Of a stretch of 64,000 nt of DNA, positions 38,154-46,862 are shown one piece after another. Source of the DNA: a virus (lineage: Duplodnaviria; Caudoviricetes). The first letter of the stretch is position 1; the number at the start of each line of letters is the position of its first letter. The notes under the pieces were generated by a model, which worked only from the letters and a program-made list of their open reading frames with translations, ran no database searches and had not been told where the DNA came from. Where the stretch lies: the IMG/VR virus record IMGVR_UViG_3300027608_000010, one strand, 5' to 3'. Both the position numbers and the translations under genes were made by a program.

Positions 38154-38915
38154 ATGATTTTATTAGAAGGTGGAAACATTTGGCCAGACGTTGAGACTAA
38201 CTTTGACCCGTCTGTTGTCGGAAAACCACTAAGCGACACTACACAAAAATACCTAGAACCTTTGGGAGTCAAACTAGAGGTTATTGGTTCATGCTGGAAG
38301 CCTCGTTATGATGCGAACGGTAATGTTGTACCATCAAATGATTTAGATGCAATGGTGGAATTATCTACATTAATGCAACAGTTCCAAACAGAAGATTCAT
38401 CAACTACTCGCAAAACACTGGCAGCTTACTTTGAAAAGCAAGGAATTTCAACTAGGTTAGCAGGTGTAACTGTGCATGTTAGAATGCCAATGGGAAATAA
38501 GTTCTATCAAGCTGATATCAAAGTTGTAAAGAATGCTCATAAAGTAGCACAGTTTCACAGACACGATATTCCAAAAGGTAGTCCATATAAAGGTGTAAAC
38601 AAACAACTAGTTATGAATGCACTTGCTAGCACACAAGGTATGTTATGGAGTCCTGATGAAGCATTATACAAACGTGATGCGGCAGGGAAAAAAGCTGACA
38701 TGTTAAGTGATGATTGGGATATGATTGCTCAATACTTATTAGGTAGAGGTGCAAAAGGTTCTGACTTGGGTAGTGTAGAATCTATCATGGCAAAGATACC
38801 TGACAAAAGACGCAAAGAAGAAATTATGAACATGGCACGTGCTGGCCATAGTTGGCAACAAGCCACACCTAATGTAACCGAATGGTTTCGTAGAACAATG
38901 GAGATGTTAAAATGA
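38154..38915 (+). CDS. Pol-beta-like nucleotidyltransferase with an MILLE|G leader
   Basis: EVIGS......SNDLDAMV (GS..DxD) with a third Asp in YQADIKV; likely start ATG 38154. Confidence 0.6.
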   Translation: MILLEGGNIWPDVETNFDPSVVGKPLSDTTQKYLEPLGVKLEVIGSCWKPRYDANGNVVPSNDLDAMVELSTLMQQFQTEDSSTTRKTLAAYFEKQGISTRLAGVTVHVRMPMGNKFYQADIKVVKNAHKVAQFHRHDIPKGSPYKGVNKQLVMNALASTQGMLWSPDEALYKRDAAGKKADMLSDDWDMIAQYLLGRGAKGSDLGSVESIMAKIPDKRRKEEIMNMARAGHSWQQATPNVTEWFRRTMEMLK

Positions 38916-40225
38916 GAATAACTGAGATTATAGCTGAAGCAGCCAATCGTAAGAAACAGGCTGCGATTGCTATTGCTAAGAAAAAGAAGAAAGGTGTGGC
39001 GGAAGGCCTAAACGAACAAACATTTACAGGTGAGTATGATTCAGAGGACATGCAGGATGCACGTGACCAGGCAGAATTTCAAGCAAAGCATTTACTAGGT
39101 CAATCAATTCACGGTGCTAACTGGGATGGTAACGTCTTCTCCCTGCCCTTAGATGATTACGATGGCCAGCATGAGCGCACCACTTCTGACGGTAAAGGTA
39201 AATTTATTGCAAAGTATACATATACAAAAAAAGTTCTACCAAAAGTTCAAGAACAGGGTGTGGCGGAAGGCTCATTAAATGAATTTGCGATACCCGGTGG
39301 TGGAGATGGTGACTCAGGACGTTGGTATAACGATGACGAGCTTGCTGATATCATTGGTGATGATTGGTTTGAGGACTTTGATGTCAGCAACGATGGGTTT
39401 AATATTGATGCCTACGGCGAAAAAGCCAAGAAGAATTTAGTGGGCTATGCAAATACATGGTTTGATGATAAAGGTTATAATGTTAACGTAATGGGTGTAG
39501 AACACAATGATGTTGATCATGATTTACAATGGTACATTGTTGGTAGTTTCCATAATCCTCGCTTTGCCAACGAAGGTGTGGCGGAGGCTGGCTTTCCAGG
39601 TGCTCCAGACGTTGAAATGCCGCCAATGAAGCCAAGTGGTGATCCACAAAGAGACAAACTTAAACAAGAGTACGTGGACTTGCATCGTGAAATTAAAAGT
39701 TTGGTTGATTTACAGTATAATAGCAAATCAACAGAAGAAAAAATGCAGGCTAAAGCACGAATTAAACAACTCAATGACAGAGCAGACCAAATAAGGGCAA
39801 TTCTAGAACCTAGACAGCCACCCAACGAATGGCAGAAAAAAACATATGGGTTTGATGACAACTGGAACAAAGTGAATCAAGGTGTGGCGGAAGACTGGAA
39901 TAAAGTCAACAAGAAAGACAAGACTTCTGGAATGAGTCAAAAGGCGGTGAATGCTTATCGTAGAGAAAATCCAGGTAGTAAGTTAAAAACTGCTGTAACA
40001 ACTAAGCCAAGTAAATTAAAGAAAGGCAGCAAAGCTGCCAACCGTCGTAAAAGTTTCTGTGCTAGAATGGGCGGTAACAAAGGTCCCATGAAAAAACCTA
40101 ATGGTAAACCTACTCCCAAAGCATTGGCACTACGTAGATGGAATTGCGAGAGTATAGAAGAATTACAAGAATTAGTAATGCTTGCTGAACAATTTGTAAA
40201 CAAGAAAAAAAATGAGAGTATCTGA
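38912..40225 (+). CDS. Cassette-like polyprotein: five modules joined by GVAE junctions, ending in a basic DUF6321-like module
   Basis: Leader MRITEIIAE; four GVAE sites; last module AYRRENPGSKLK...RRKSFCARM...ALRRWNC. Confidence 0.7.
   Translation: MRITEIIAEAANRKKQAAIAIAKKKKKGVAEGLNEQTFTGEYDSEDMQDARDQAEFQAKHLLGQSIHGANWDGNVFSLPLDDYDGQHERTTSDGKGKFIAKYTYTKKVLPKVQEQGVAEGSLNEFAIPGGGDGDSGRWYNDDELADIIGDDWFEDFDVSNDGFNIDAYGEKAKKNLVGYANTWFDDKGYNVNVMGVEHNDVDHDLQWYIVGSFHNPRFANEGVAEAGFPGAPDVEMPPMKPSGDPQRDKLKQEYVDLHREIKSLVDLQYNSKSTEEKMQAKARIKQLNDRADQIRAILEPRQPPNEWQKKTYGFDDNWNKVNQGVAEDWNKVNKKDKTSGMSQKAVNAYRRENPGSKLKTAVTTKPSKLKKGSKAANRRKSFCARMGGNKGPMKKPNGKPTPKALALRRWNCESIEELQELVMLAEQFVNKKKNESI
38993..39893 (+). 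repeat. Four copies of GGTGTGGCGGA at 38993, 39257, 39575 and 39881
   Basis: Identical 11-mer (GGTGTGGCGGAAG in three copies); spacings of 264, 318 and 306 bp, all multiples of 3. Confidence 0.95.
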
Positions 40226-41387
40226 TTTATTACTTGAAGCCGCAGGTCCTGCTGTTGGTCGTAAGTACCAACATATTGAAGACCTTGTAGTCACTAACGG
40301 AAGTGGTGGTGGACTACATGCGGCTGAACGTATGAAGCATATGGTTGATAACTATGATTCTATTGAATTGAAATGGGACGGCATGCCAGTTGTATACTGG
40401 GGTCGTGATGAAAAAGGTATCTTTAGAATGATACCAAAGAATGCATGGGCGTATTTAAAATCTGGCAAGACACAAACAAGTAGCGGTGCACCGACGGTGA
40501 TGAATAGCTATAAAGATGTTTATGCTTTTGTAATGGGTACAGGTAATGCTGATCCTAATGACGAGAAACGAGTTCAGTTTGCAACACAATTTGCAAAGAT
40601 GTGGCCTTATTTTGAAAAGATTAGTCCACAAAAAGGATTTTTAGAAGGCGGGTTATTATTCTATCCAGGCACTAAACCTGATGGACAAAGTGCAATGCCA
40701 GTGTTTAATAAGAAAACACAAACATTTGATTTTCAGCCAAACATAACTAAATTTCACATTCCAATAAGTAGTGAATTAGGTAAAAGAATAGGTAGACCAG
40801 AACAATTAAATGCAAAGTTAATGGTAGCAGCCACTGGATGGTACGCTACATTAGGTAGCAGTGATGAACAACGTTATCCAAACGCAGAAAGTTTATCTAC
40901 AAAAGATGTTATTGTACAAGGCACTACATACGTAGAAGAAATGCCAGGGGTTGATACAAGTTATATTGATAAGATGATTCAGTTCATTAGTGGTAACGCA
41001 CAGATTATTGATACGTATCTATCACCTAAGAAAGGTCTATCTAGACCAAGCGGCATACTTTATACATATCTTAACAATCATCTAAGAGGTGATGGATTAG
41101 TAAGAGACTTCCCACAATGGACACAAGCTAATCTAAGTGAAGGTCAAGCACAAGGCATGTTAGCAGACAAAAAAGGTTATCAGACTGTACTTGGTGCAGT
41201 TGAAGGACTAAGTAGAGCTAAGATGCAATTAATTAAGTCATTGAGTTTAGGATTACACGGTGGTATAATGCAAACTAATCCAGAAGGATATGTGCAAGCA
41301 CATCCTGAAGTTAATTTTGATAATCCATTACCCGGCCAGTTCTTAAAGTTAATTGACCAACAAAACTGGGCACCAAAGAAGATATGA
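40212..41387 (+). CDS. ATP-dependent ligase-fold (covalent nucleotidyltransferase) protein with an MRVSDLLLE| leader
   Basis: Motif I ELKWDG, motif III-like LEGGLLF, motif IV PEGYV, motif V FLKLID; N-terminal HIEDL. Confidence 0.65.
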   Translation: MRVSDLLLEAAGPAVGRKYQHIEDLVVTNGSGGGLHAAERMKHMVDNYDSIELKWDGMPVVYWGRDEKGIFRMIPKNAWAYLKSGKTQTSSGAPTVMNSYKDVYAFVMGTGNADPNDEKRVQFATQFAKMWPYFEKISPQKGFLEGGLLFYPGTKPDGQSAMPVFNKKTQTFDFQPNITKFHIPISSELGKRIGRPEQLNAKLMVAATGWYATLGSSDEQRYPNAESLSTKDVIVQGTTYVEEMPGVDTSYIDKMIQFISGNAQIIDTYLSPKKGLSRPSGILYTYLNNHLRGDGLVRDFPQWTQANLSEGQAQGMLADKKGYQTVLGAVEGLSRAKMQLIKSLSLGLHGGIMQTNPEGYVQAHPEVNFDNPLPGQFLKLIDQQNWAPKKI

Positions 41388-42604
41388 GATACATAGAATT
41401 TTACGAATCAACACAAAACACAGCCGTAGTCGGTTGGGGTCGTGGTATGGGTCACAAAGGGCATATGTTGTTGGCAAGAGCAGTTATCATGCAAGCAGAA
41501 CAAATGAATGCAACACCATTCTTTTTTGTCTCAGCGACAATGGGCAAAGAAGATCCATTAACACCAGAAGAAAAATTATCAATATACAAAAAAGTATTTC
41601 CTAAACAAGCAGGTATATTTAATTTTGGACAAACACTTGGGCAAGTATTGAGTGATGTAGGTAAACAATATAAAAACGTTGTTTTAGTTTTAGGTGAGAC
41701 CGAAGTACCCTCATTTCAATGGTTATTGAATCCAGATAAGTCAGGTGTGTCCCCTTATAAAAATTATGGATTGAACAGTTTAAAAATCATAGCAAGACAA
41801 CAAGTTAACGATCCAGCACAAAAGATTGAAGGACCAAGAGCAACACCGATGCGTGAGATTCTATTGAATCCTCAAGCAAGTGAAGAACAAAAATTTGCAA
41901 TATGGCGTAGAGATATGCCTGATGCATTAAGTGATGAAGAAGTATTGTCATTGATGAATACTGCACAACAACGATTGAATGTAGCACATGCACCTAAAGT
42001 ACGTAAGTCACCAGTAAAAGCATTGAAGAAGAAAACAATGGCTGAATCAGCAGTAAGTGATTTGGCTGATAAATTACCTTCATTAAAGAAATATGATTAC
42101 AGCACTATTGATAATCTAATGAAACGTATCAGTGTTCGTTATAAAATTAGTGGTGATAAATTACATGACATGTTTGTTAGTAAGTATGGTCATACACCTG
42201 ATACTTGGATAAAGAAAATTAAGAATAGATTAAGTGAAGGTATTGAATCAAATGAAGATATGCAACAGGTTAATAATTTTGTTGAATGGTGTATTAAAAC
42301 CCTACATATTAAAAAACCATACCCAGTAATCACTTACAGTAAGAATTCAGAAGAAGCACAAGAAGGTCATCATACCGGTCGTCATACCAGTGATGGTAAG
42401 ATTTGGGTATATGTTGAGAATCGTAATATGGTAGATATCTTTAGAACAATCTTCCATGAATTAGTACATCACAGACAGGATCAATTGAATATGATTGGAC
42501 CCGACGATAGCTATCCAGGTAGCCCTGTTGAAGCAATGGCTGATATGCTTGCGGGTAAATACATTAAGATTTACGGCAAAGATCACCCAGAAATCTTTCA
42601 ATAA
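41384..42604 (+). CDS. HxGH cytidylyltransferase/NMNAT-like domain fused to a C-terminal HExxH metallopeptidase-like domain, with an MRYIEFYE| leader
   Basis: VVGWGRGMGHKGH, DPLTPEEK and RATPMRE; C-terminal RTIFHELVHHRQ...EAMAD. Confidence 0.65.
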   Translation: MRYIEFYESTQNTAVVGWGRGMGHKGHMLLARAVIMQAEQMNATPFFFVSATMGKEDPLTPEEKLSIYKKVFPKQAGIFNFGQTLGQVLSDVGKQYKNVVLVLGETEVPSFQWLLNPDKSGVSPYKNYGLNSLKIIARQQVNDPAQKIEGPRATPMREILLNPQASEEQKFAIWRRDMPDALSDEEVLSLMNTAQQRLNVAHAPKVRKSPVKALKKKTMAESAVSDLADKLPSLKKYDYSTIDNLMKRISVRYKISGDKLHDMFVSKYGHTPDTWIKKIKNRLSEGIESNEDMQQVNNFVEWCIKTLHIKKPYPVITYSKNSEEAQEGHHTGRHTSDGKIWVYVENRNMVDIFRTIFHELVHHRQDQLNMIGPDDSYPGSPVEAMADMLAGKYIKIYGKDHPEIFQ

Positions 42605-42628
42605 GGTTACCGCAATTACGTAAACTGT

Positions 42629-42656
42629 TTGACTTCTTAGCGAATTAGTGTATAAT
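42629..42656 (+). promoter_or_regulatory. Sigma70-like promoter for the DNA polymerase operon
   Basis: TTGACT-16 nt-TATAAT. Confidence 0.7.
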
Positions 42657-42679
42657 AACTACTTCACTAAGGAGTAAAC

Positions 42680-42943
42680 ATGAACGATGTTAAAACATTC
42701 AACGGCGATCAAAAAATCAAACTAACACAACTCATTAATGAGGGTATGCTAGTTATGAATGAAATTGATACATTAAACGGTGGACTCACCGATACAGTAA
42801 AAGCAATAGCAGAAGAACTAGAAGTTAAACCTAGTGTACTTAAAAAGGCAATACGAATTGCCCATAAAGCAAGTTTAACACAATCAAATCAAGAACACGA
42901 ACAACTCAACACTATTTTGGAAACTGTGGGCAAAACACTTTGA
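42680..42943 (+). CDS. T4 DsbA-like dsDNA-binding protein
   Basis: 87-aa helical protein, KAIAEELEVKPSVLKKAIRIAHK, similar to the C-terminus of T4 DsbA. Confidence 0.5.
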   Translation: MNDVKTFNGDQKIKLTQLINEGMLVMNEIDTLNGGLTDTVKAIAEELEVKPSVLKKAIRIAHKASLTQSNQEHEQLNTILETVGKTL

Positions 42944-45657
42944 GTTATGTAGATGCCATCCATTCACGGGATGAAGATAGAATTTATGTAGTAGAACGAG
43001 GTACTGACGGTAAGCGTCATTACAAAGAGTTCCCTGCCAATTATGTTTTCTACTATCCAGATAACAAGGGTAAGCATCGTAGCATTTATGGCAAACCAGT
43101 AAGTAGATTCAGTACTCGCAAGCGTACAGAGTTTGAGAAGGAACGCAGGATACACGGTGGTAAGGAACTCTTTGAGAGTGACATTAACGTAGTGTTTCGT
43201 TGTCTAAGTGAAAACTATTTGGGTATAGATCCTCCCAAACTACACACTTGTTTCTTTGACATTGAAGTAGACTTTGATCCAGAAAAAGGTTTCAGTCCTA
43301 CTACTGACCCATTCAATCCCGTAACAGCTATTTCATTGTATTTGGATTGGCAAGACACATTGATAACATTGTGTATTGCACCAAAGCACATGAGTAATGA
43401 AACAGCATGGGAAATTACACGTAAGTTTGAGAATACATTGCTTTTCAAAAATGAAACGGAAATGTTTGAGACATTCTTTCAATTGATTGAAGATGCAGAT
43501 GTGTTGACTGGCTGGAACTCAGAAGGATACGACATACCATATATGGTTAATCGTGTCACACGTGTAATGAGTAAAGACGATACACGTAAATTCTGTTTAA
43601 TGGGTCAACTACCCAAGCCAAGAGAGTATGAACGATTTGGTAAGTCAGAACAGACTTATGATTTAATCGGTCGTATTCACATGGACTATTTGCAACTCTA
43701 CAAGAAATACAACTACGAAAGTCGCCATAGCTATAAACTAGATGCTATTGGTGAAATGGAAGTTGGTGAAAACAAAACACAATACGAAGGTACTCTTGAC
43801 CAATTGTATAACAAGGACTGGCAAAAGTTCTTAGAGTATAACAGACAAGATACTATGTTGTTGGTTAAGATTCACAACAAACTTAAATTCTTAGATTTGG
43901 CTAATGCATTGGCACATGAAAACACAGTACTGTTACCAACAGTTATGGGTTCAGTGGCAATGATTGAAATGGCTATCTATAATGAGGCGCATGAGCGTGG
44001 ATTAGTTGTACCAGATAAAAAACGGAGAAATATAAATGCAGATGAAACACAGCAAGCCGCAGGTGCCTTTGTTGCTACGCCGAAAAGAGGTATGCACGAA
44101 TACGTCGGGGCAGTCGATATTAACTCACTCTATCCTTCGGTCATCCGAGCAGTTAACATGGCGGGCGAGACTATTGTTGCCCAAGTCAGACAAACTTTAA
44201 CCGATCAGTACATGAAAGACAAGGGTCTTAGATTAGCACAAGAAAAGAAACGTTATAAAGAAGGTGACGATGATGTGGGTGGTGCTATTCTATGGGAAGG
44301 TTTGTTTGGTGCGTTAGAGTATACTGCTATTATGAACCAAGAGCGTGGCACTATGCTTACTGTTGACTATGAAGATGGTCGCTGTGAAGAAATGTCTGCG
44401 GCAGAGATATGGAAGATGGTCTTTGACAGTCACAAGCCTTGGATGCTTAGTGCAAATGGTACAATCTTTACATACGAGAAAGAGGGCGTAGTTCCAGGAC
44501 TATTGTCTCGCTGGTACTCGGATCGTAAAGCAATGCAGAAGAAACTAAAAGAATCAACTACTGATGAAGACCGTGATTATTGGGACAAGCGTCAGTTAGT
44601 ACGTAAGATTTTATTGAACTCTGCATATGGCGCATTGTTGAATGAGCATTGTCGTTTCTATGATAAACGCATTGGGCAAAGTGTTACATTGTGTGGTCGT
44701 CAGATTGTTAAACACATGATGAGTACTATCAATGAAACAATCGCAGGTGAATATGCACACGACGGTGAAGCTATCGTATATGGTGATACTGACTCATGTT
44801 ATTTTACTGCATATCCTATTCTCAATTCGCAAATAGCAAATGGTGAACTAGTTTGGAATAAGGAAACTTGTATTGGATTGTATGATAGTATTGCTGACCA
44901 AGCAAACGAATCATTCCCTGCATTTATGGAGAAAGCATTTCACTCACCACGCAAGAATGGGGAAATCATTAAAGCAGGTCGTGAATTGATTGGTGATCGT
45001 GCTATCTTTATTACAAAGAAACGCTATGCTATCAATATCTTTGATAAAGAGGGCAAGCGTAAAGATAAAGATGGTAAACTAGGTGATATCAAAGCTATGG
45101 GTCTTGACTTGAAACGTGCTGATACTCCTAAATACGTACAAGAATTCTTAATGAGTGTTCTCAGTATGGTCATTCAACAAGGTAAAGGTCGTGATGAAGT
45201 CATTGAAACTATCAAAGACTTCAAGCGAACATTATCCGAGCAAGATAGTTGGACAAAAGGTTCACCTAAATCAGTGAACAAGTTAACAATGTATGGTGAG
45301 AAAGAAGCAAACAGTAGTAAAGGTCGTGAGAACATGCCCGGTCATGTACGTGCGGCATTGAATTACAACTATCTACGTAGAGTCAATGGTGACCAATACA
45401 GTCAAAAAATTGTTGATGGTATGAAGGTAGTAGTTTGCAAAATGAAATCTAATCCATTGAACTTTACAAGCATTGCTTACCCAACAGACGAACTGCGACT
45501 ACCTAAATGGTTTACAGAATTGCCATTTGATGATAAGGCAATGGAACAAACACTTGTTGATGAAAAGATTGACAACTTACTCGGAGTATTAAGTTGGGAT
45601 ATCAAAACCAACATTGATACTGATTCAACATTTAGTGATTTATTTACTTTCGGTTAA
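42940..45657 (+). CDS. Family B DNA polymerase with a 3'-5' exonuclease domain (T4 gp43-like)
   Basis: ExoI FFDIEVD, ExoII GWNSEGYD, ExoIII YNRQD; DINSLYPS, KILLNSAYG, YGDTDS, KKRY. Confidence 0.97.
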   Translation: MSYVDAIHSRDEDRIYVVERGTDGKRHYKEFPANYVFYYPDNKGKHRSIYGKPVSRFSTRKRTEFEKERRIHGGKELFESDINVVFRCLSENYLGIDPPKLHTCFFDIEVDFDPEKGFSPTTDPFNPVTAISLYLDWQDTLITLCIAPKHMSNETAWEITRKFENTLLFKNETEMFETFFQLIEDADVLTGWNSEGYDIPYMVNRVTRVMSKDDTRKFCLMGQLPKPREYERFGKSEQTYDLIGRIHMDYLQLYKKYNYESRHSYKLDAIGEMEVGENKTQYEGTLDQLYNKDWQKFLEYNRQDTMLLVKIHNKLKFLDLANALAHENTVLLPTVMGSVAMIEMAIYNEAHERGLVVPDKKRRNINADETQQAAGAFVATPKRGMHEYVGAVDINSLYPSVIRAVNMAGETIVAQVRQTLTDQYMKDKGLRLAQEKKRYKEGDDDVGGAILWEGLFGALEYTAIMNQERGTMLTVDYEDGRCEEMSAAEIWKMVFDSHKPWMLSANGTIFTYEKEGVVPGLLSRWYSDRKAMQKKLKESTTDEDRDYWDKRQLVRKILLNSAYGALLNEHCRFYDKRIGQSVTLCGRQIVKHMMSTINETIAGEYAHDGEAIVYGDTDSCYFTAYPILNSQIANGELVWNKETCIGLYDSIADQANESFPAFMEKAFHSPRKNGEIIKAGRELIGDRAIFITKKRYAINIFDKEGKRKDKDGKLGDIKAMGLDLKRADTPKYVQEFLMSVLSMVIQQGKGRDEVIETIKDFKRTLSEQDSWTKGSPKSVNKLTMYGEKEANSSKGRENMPGHVRAALNYNYLRRVNGDQYSQKIVDGMKVVVCKMKSNPLNFTSIAYPTDELRLPKWFTELPFDDKAMEQTLVDEKIDNLLGVLSWDIKTNIDTDSTFSDLFTFG

Positions 45658-45665
45658 ACTAATGT

Positions 45666-45694
45666 TTGACATTCGTAAAATATTCCACTATAAT
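45666..45694 (+). promoter_or_regulatory. Consensus sigma70 promoter
   Basis: TTGACA-17 nt-TATAAT. Confidence 0.85.
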
Positions 45695-45732
45695 ACACAG
45701 ATAATCTTCCTAAATAACTTAAAGGACATAAA

Positions 45733-46464
45733 ATGAAAGATACATTACTAGACATTATTCAACACACTTCAGCATTAGGAAACATTGACCTAATCAAAGT
45801 GACAGGCACTGATACATCAACTGTTATCAATGCAGTGGCAGAAGATAAGACAGTTATCATTACTGGTACATTCAAAATACCCCATCCCGAATTCATCGGT
45901 GTGTTTGGTATGCCTAATCTAGGTAAACTTAAAACTATTTTGGGTTTTGATGAATATGATGATACATCAAAAATTTCAATGACACGTGTAATGCGTGACG
46001 GTGTTGATACTCCGGATAGTATTCACTTTGAGACATTGGACAAATCATTCATTAATGATTATCGTTTGATGCCACGTACAGTGACTGAAGACAAAGTTGG
46101 AAATGTTTCATTTAAAGGTACAACTTGGAACGTAGAGTTTGAACCAGCAGTTGCAAATATTTTACGTTTAAAGAAACAAGCAAGTGCAAACAGTGAAGAA
46201 CCAAACTTTATGACTAAAGTTGATGGCACTGACTTGAAGATTTATTTTGGTGACCCTAGCACACACAGCGGTAATTTTGTTTTTCAAAGCAACGTAGGTG
46301 GCTCATTGACTAGCAAATGGTTATGGCCTGTACAAGCTGTTATCAGTATTCTTAGTTTGCCTGGTGACAAGAAATATCGTATCAGTGATAAAGGTGCAAC
46401 TGAAATCATTGTTGACAGTGGTCTTGCAGTTTATCAATATCTATTGCCAGCGAAAACAAAATGA
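45733..46464 (+). CDS. Probable DNA polymerase sliding clamp (gp45-like)
   Basis: 243 aa, alpha/beta pattern with FIGVFGMPNLGKLKTIL, directly after the polymerase. Assigned from size and context. Confidence 0.55.
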   Translation: MKDTLLDIIQHTSALGNIDLIKVTGTDTSTVINAVAEDKTVIITGTFKIPHPEFIGVFGMPNLGKLKTILGFDEYDDTSKISMTRVMRDGVDTPDSIHFETLDKSFINDYRLMPRTVTEDKVGNVSFKGTTWNVEFEPAVANILRLKKQASANSEEPNFMTKVDGTDLKIYFGDPSTHSGNFVFQSNVGGSLTSKWLWPVQAVISILSLPGDKKYRISDKGATEIIVDSGLAVYQYLLPAKTK

Positions 46465-46862
46465 TAGGTAATATCAGTCAAACTGGTAAGTATATTGCAG
46501 TTACCGGCGGCCCTGGTAGTAACTATGTCAACAACTCTGGTTACATGAGTGTTGGGGAATTACGATATAATACTAACAATCAGCAATTAGAACTATATAA
46601 CGGTACTAACTGGCAACCACTTATCATGGGTCAATACAATGTTGGATTAAATCCTGATGCTGAACAAATACTTGATTGGGCTAAGACTAAGATGCGTGAA
46701 GAATACAAACTAGAGCAACTTGCAAAAGAAAATGTTGCTATACAAGACTTAGTAAATCAAATTAATGAGAAGAAGGATCAAATCAAAATGGTTCATATTC
46801 TCACTAAAAAAGAATCAGAACAATCAATTAATTGGGCGCAAGCACCTTATGGATCAAGTTAA
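46461..46862 (+). CDS. Hypothetical protein
   Basis: 133 aa; GELRYNTNNQQLELYNG motif and a coiled C-terminus. Confidence 0.55.
   Translation: MIGNISQTGKYIAVTGGPGSNYVNNSGYMSVGELRYNTNNQQLELYNGTNWQPLIMGQYNVGLNPDAEQILDWAKTKMREEYKLEQLAKENVAIQDLVNQINEKKDQIKMVHILTKKESEQSINWAQAPYGSS

Noticed and set aside
38030-38272. Minus-strand 80-aa ORF
   Set aside because: It overlaps the NTase gene and the GC-rich spacer in antisense, with no RBS or homology cues.
38993-39893. GGTGTGGCGGA repeats as a CRISPR array or as Chi sites
   Set aside because: The repeats are only 11-14 bp, the spacers are 260-320 bp and in frame within an ORF, and there are no cas genes. The motif differs from E. coli Chi (GCTGGTGG); a host-specific Chi-like role is not excluded but has no support here.
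46765-46848. Long N-terminal extensions given by the ORF track (also 11459, 30126, 35809, 38091, 58338)
   Set aside because: Downstream ATGs fit RBS, promoter position or translational coupling better, so the upstream parts are probably not translated.
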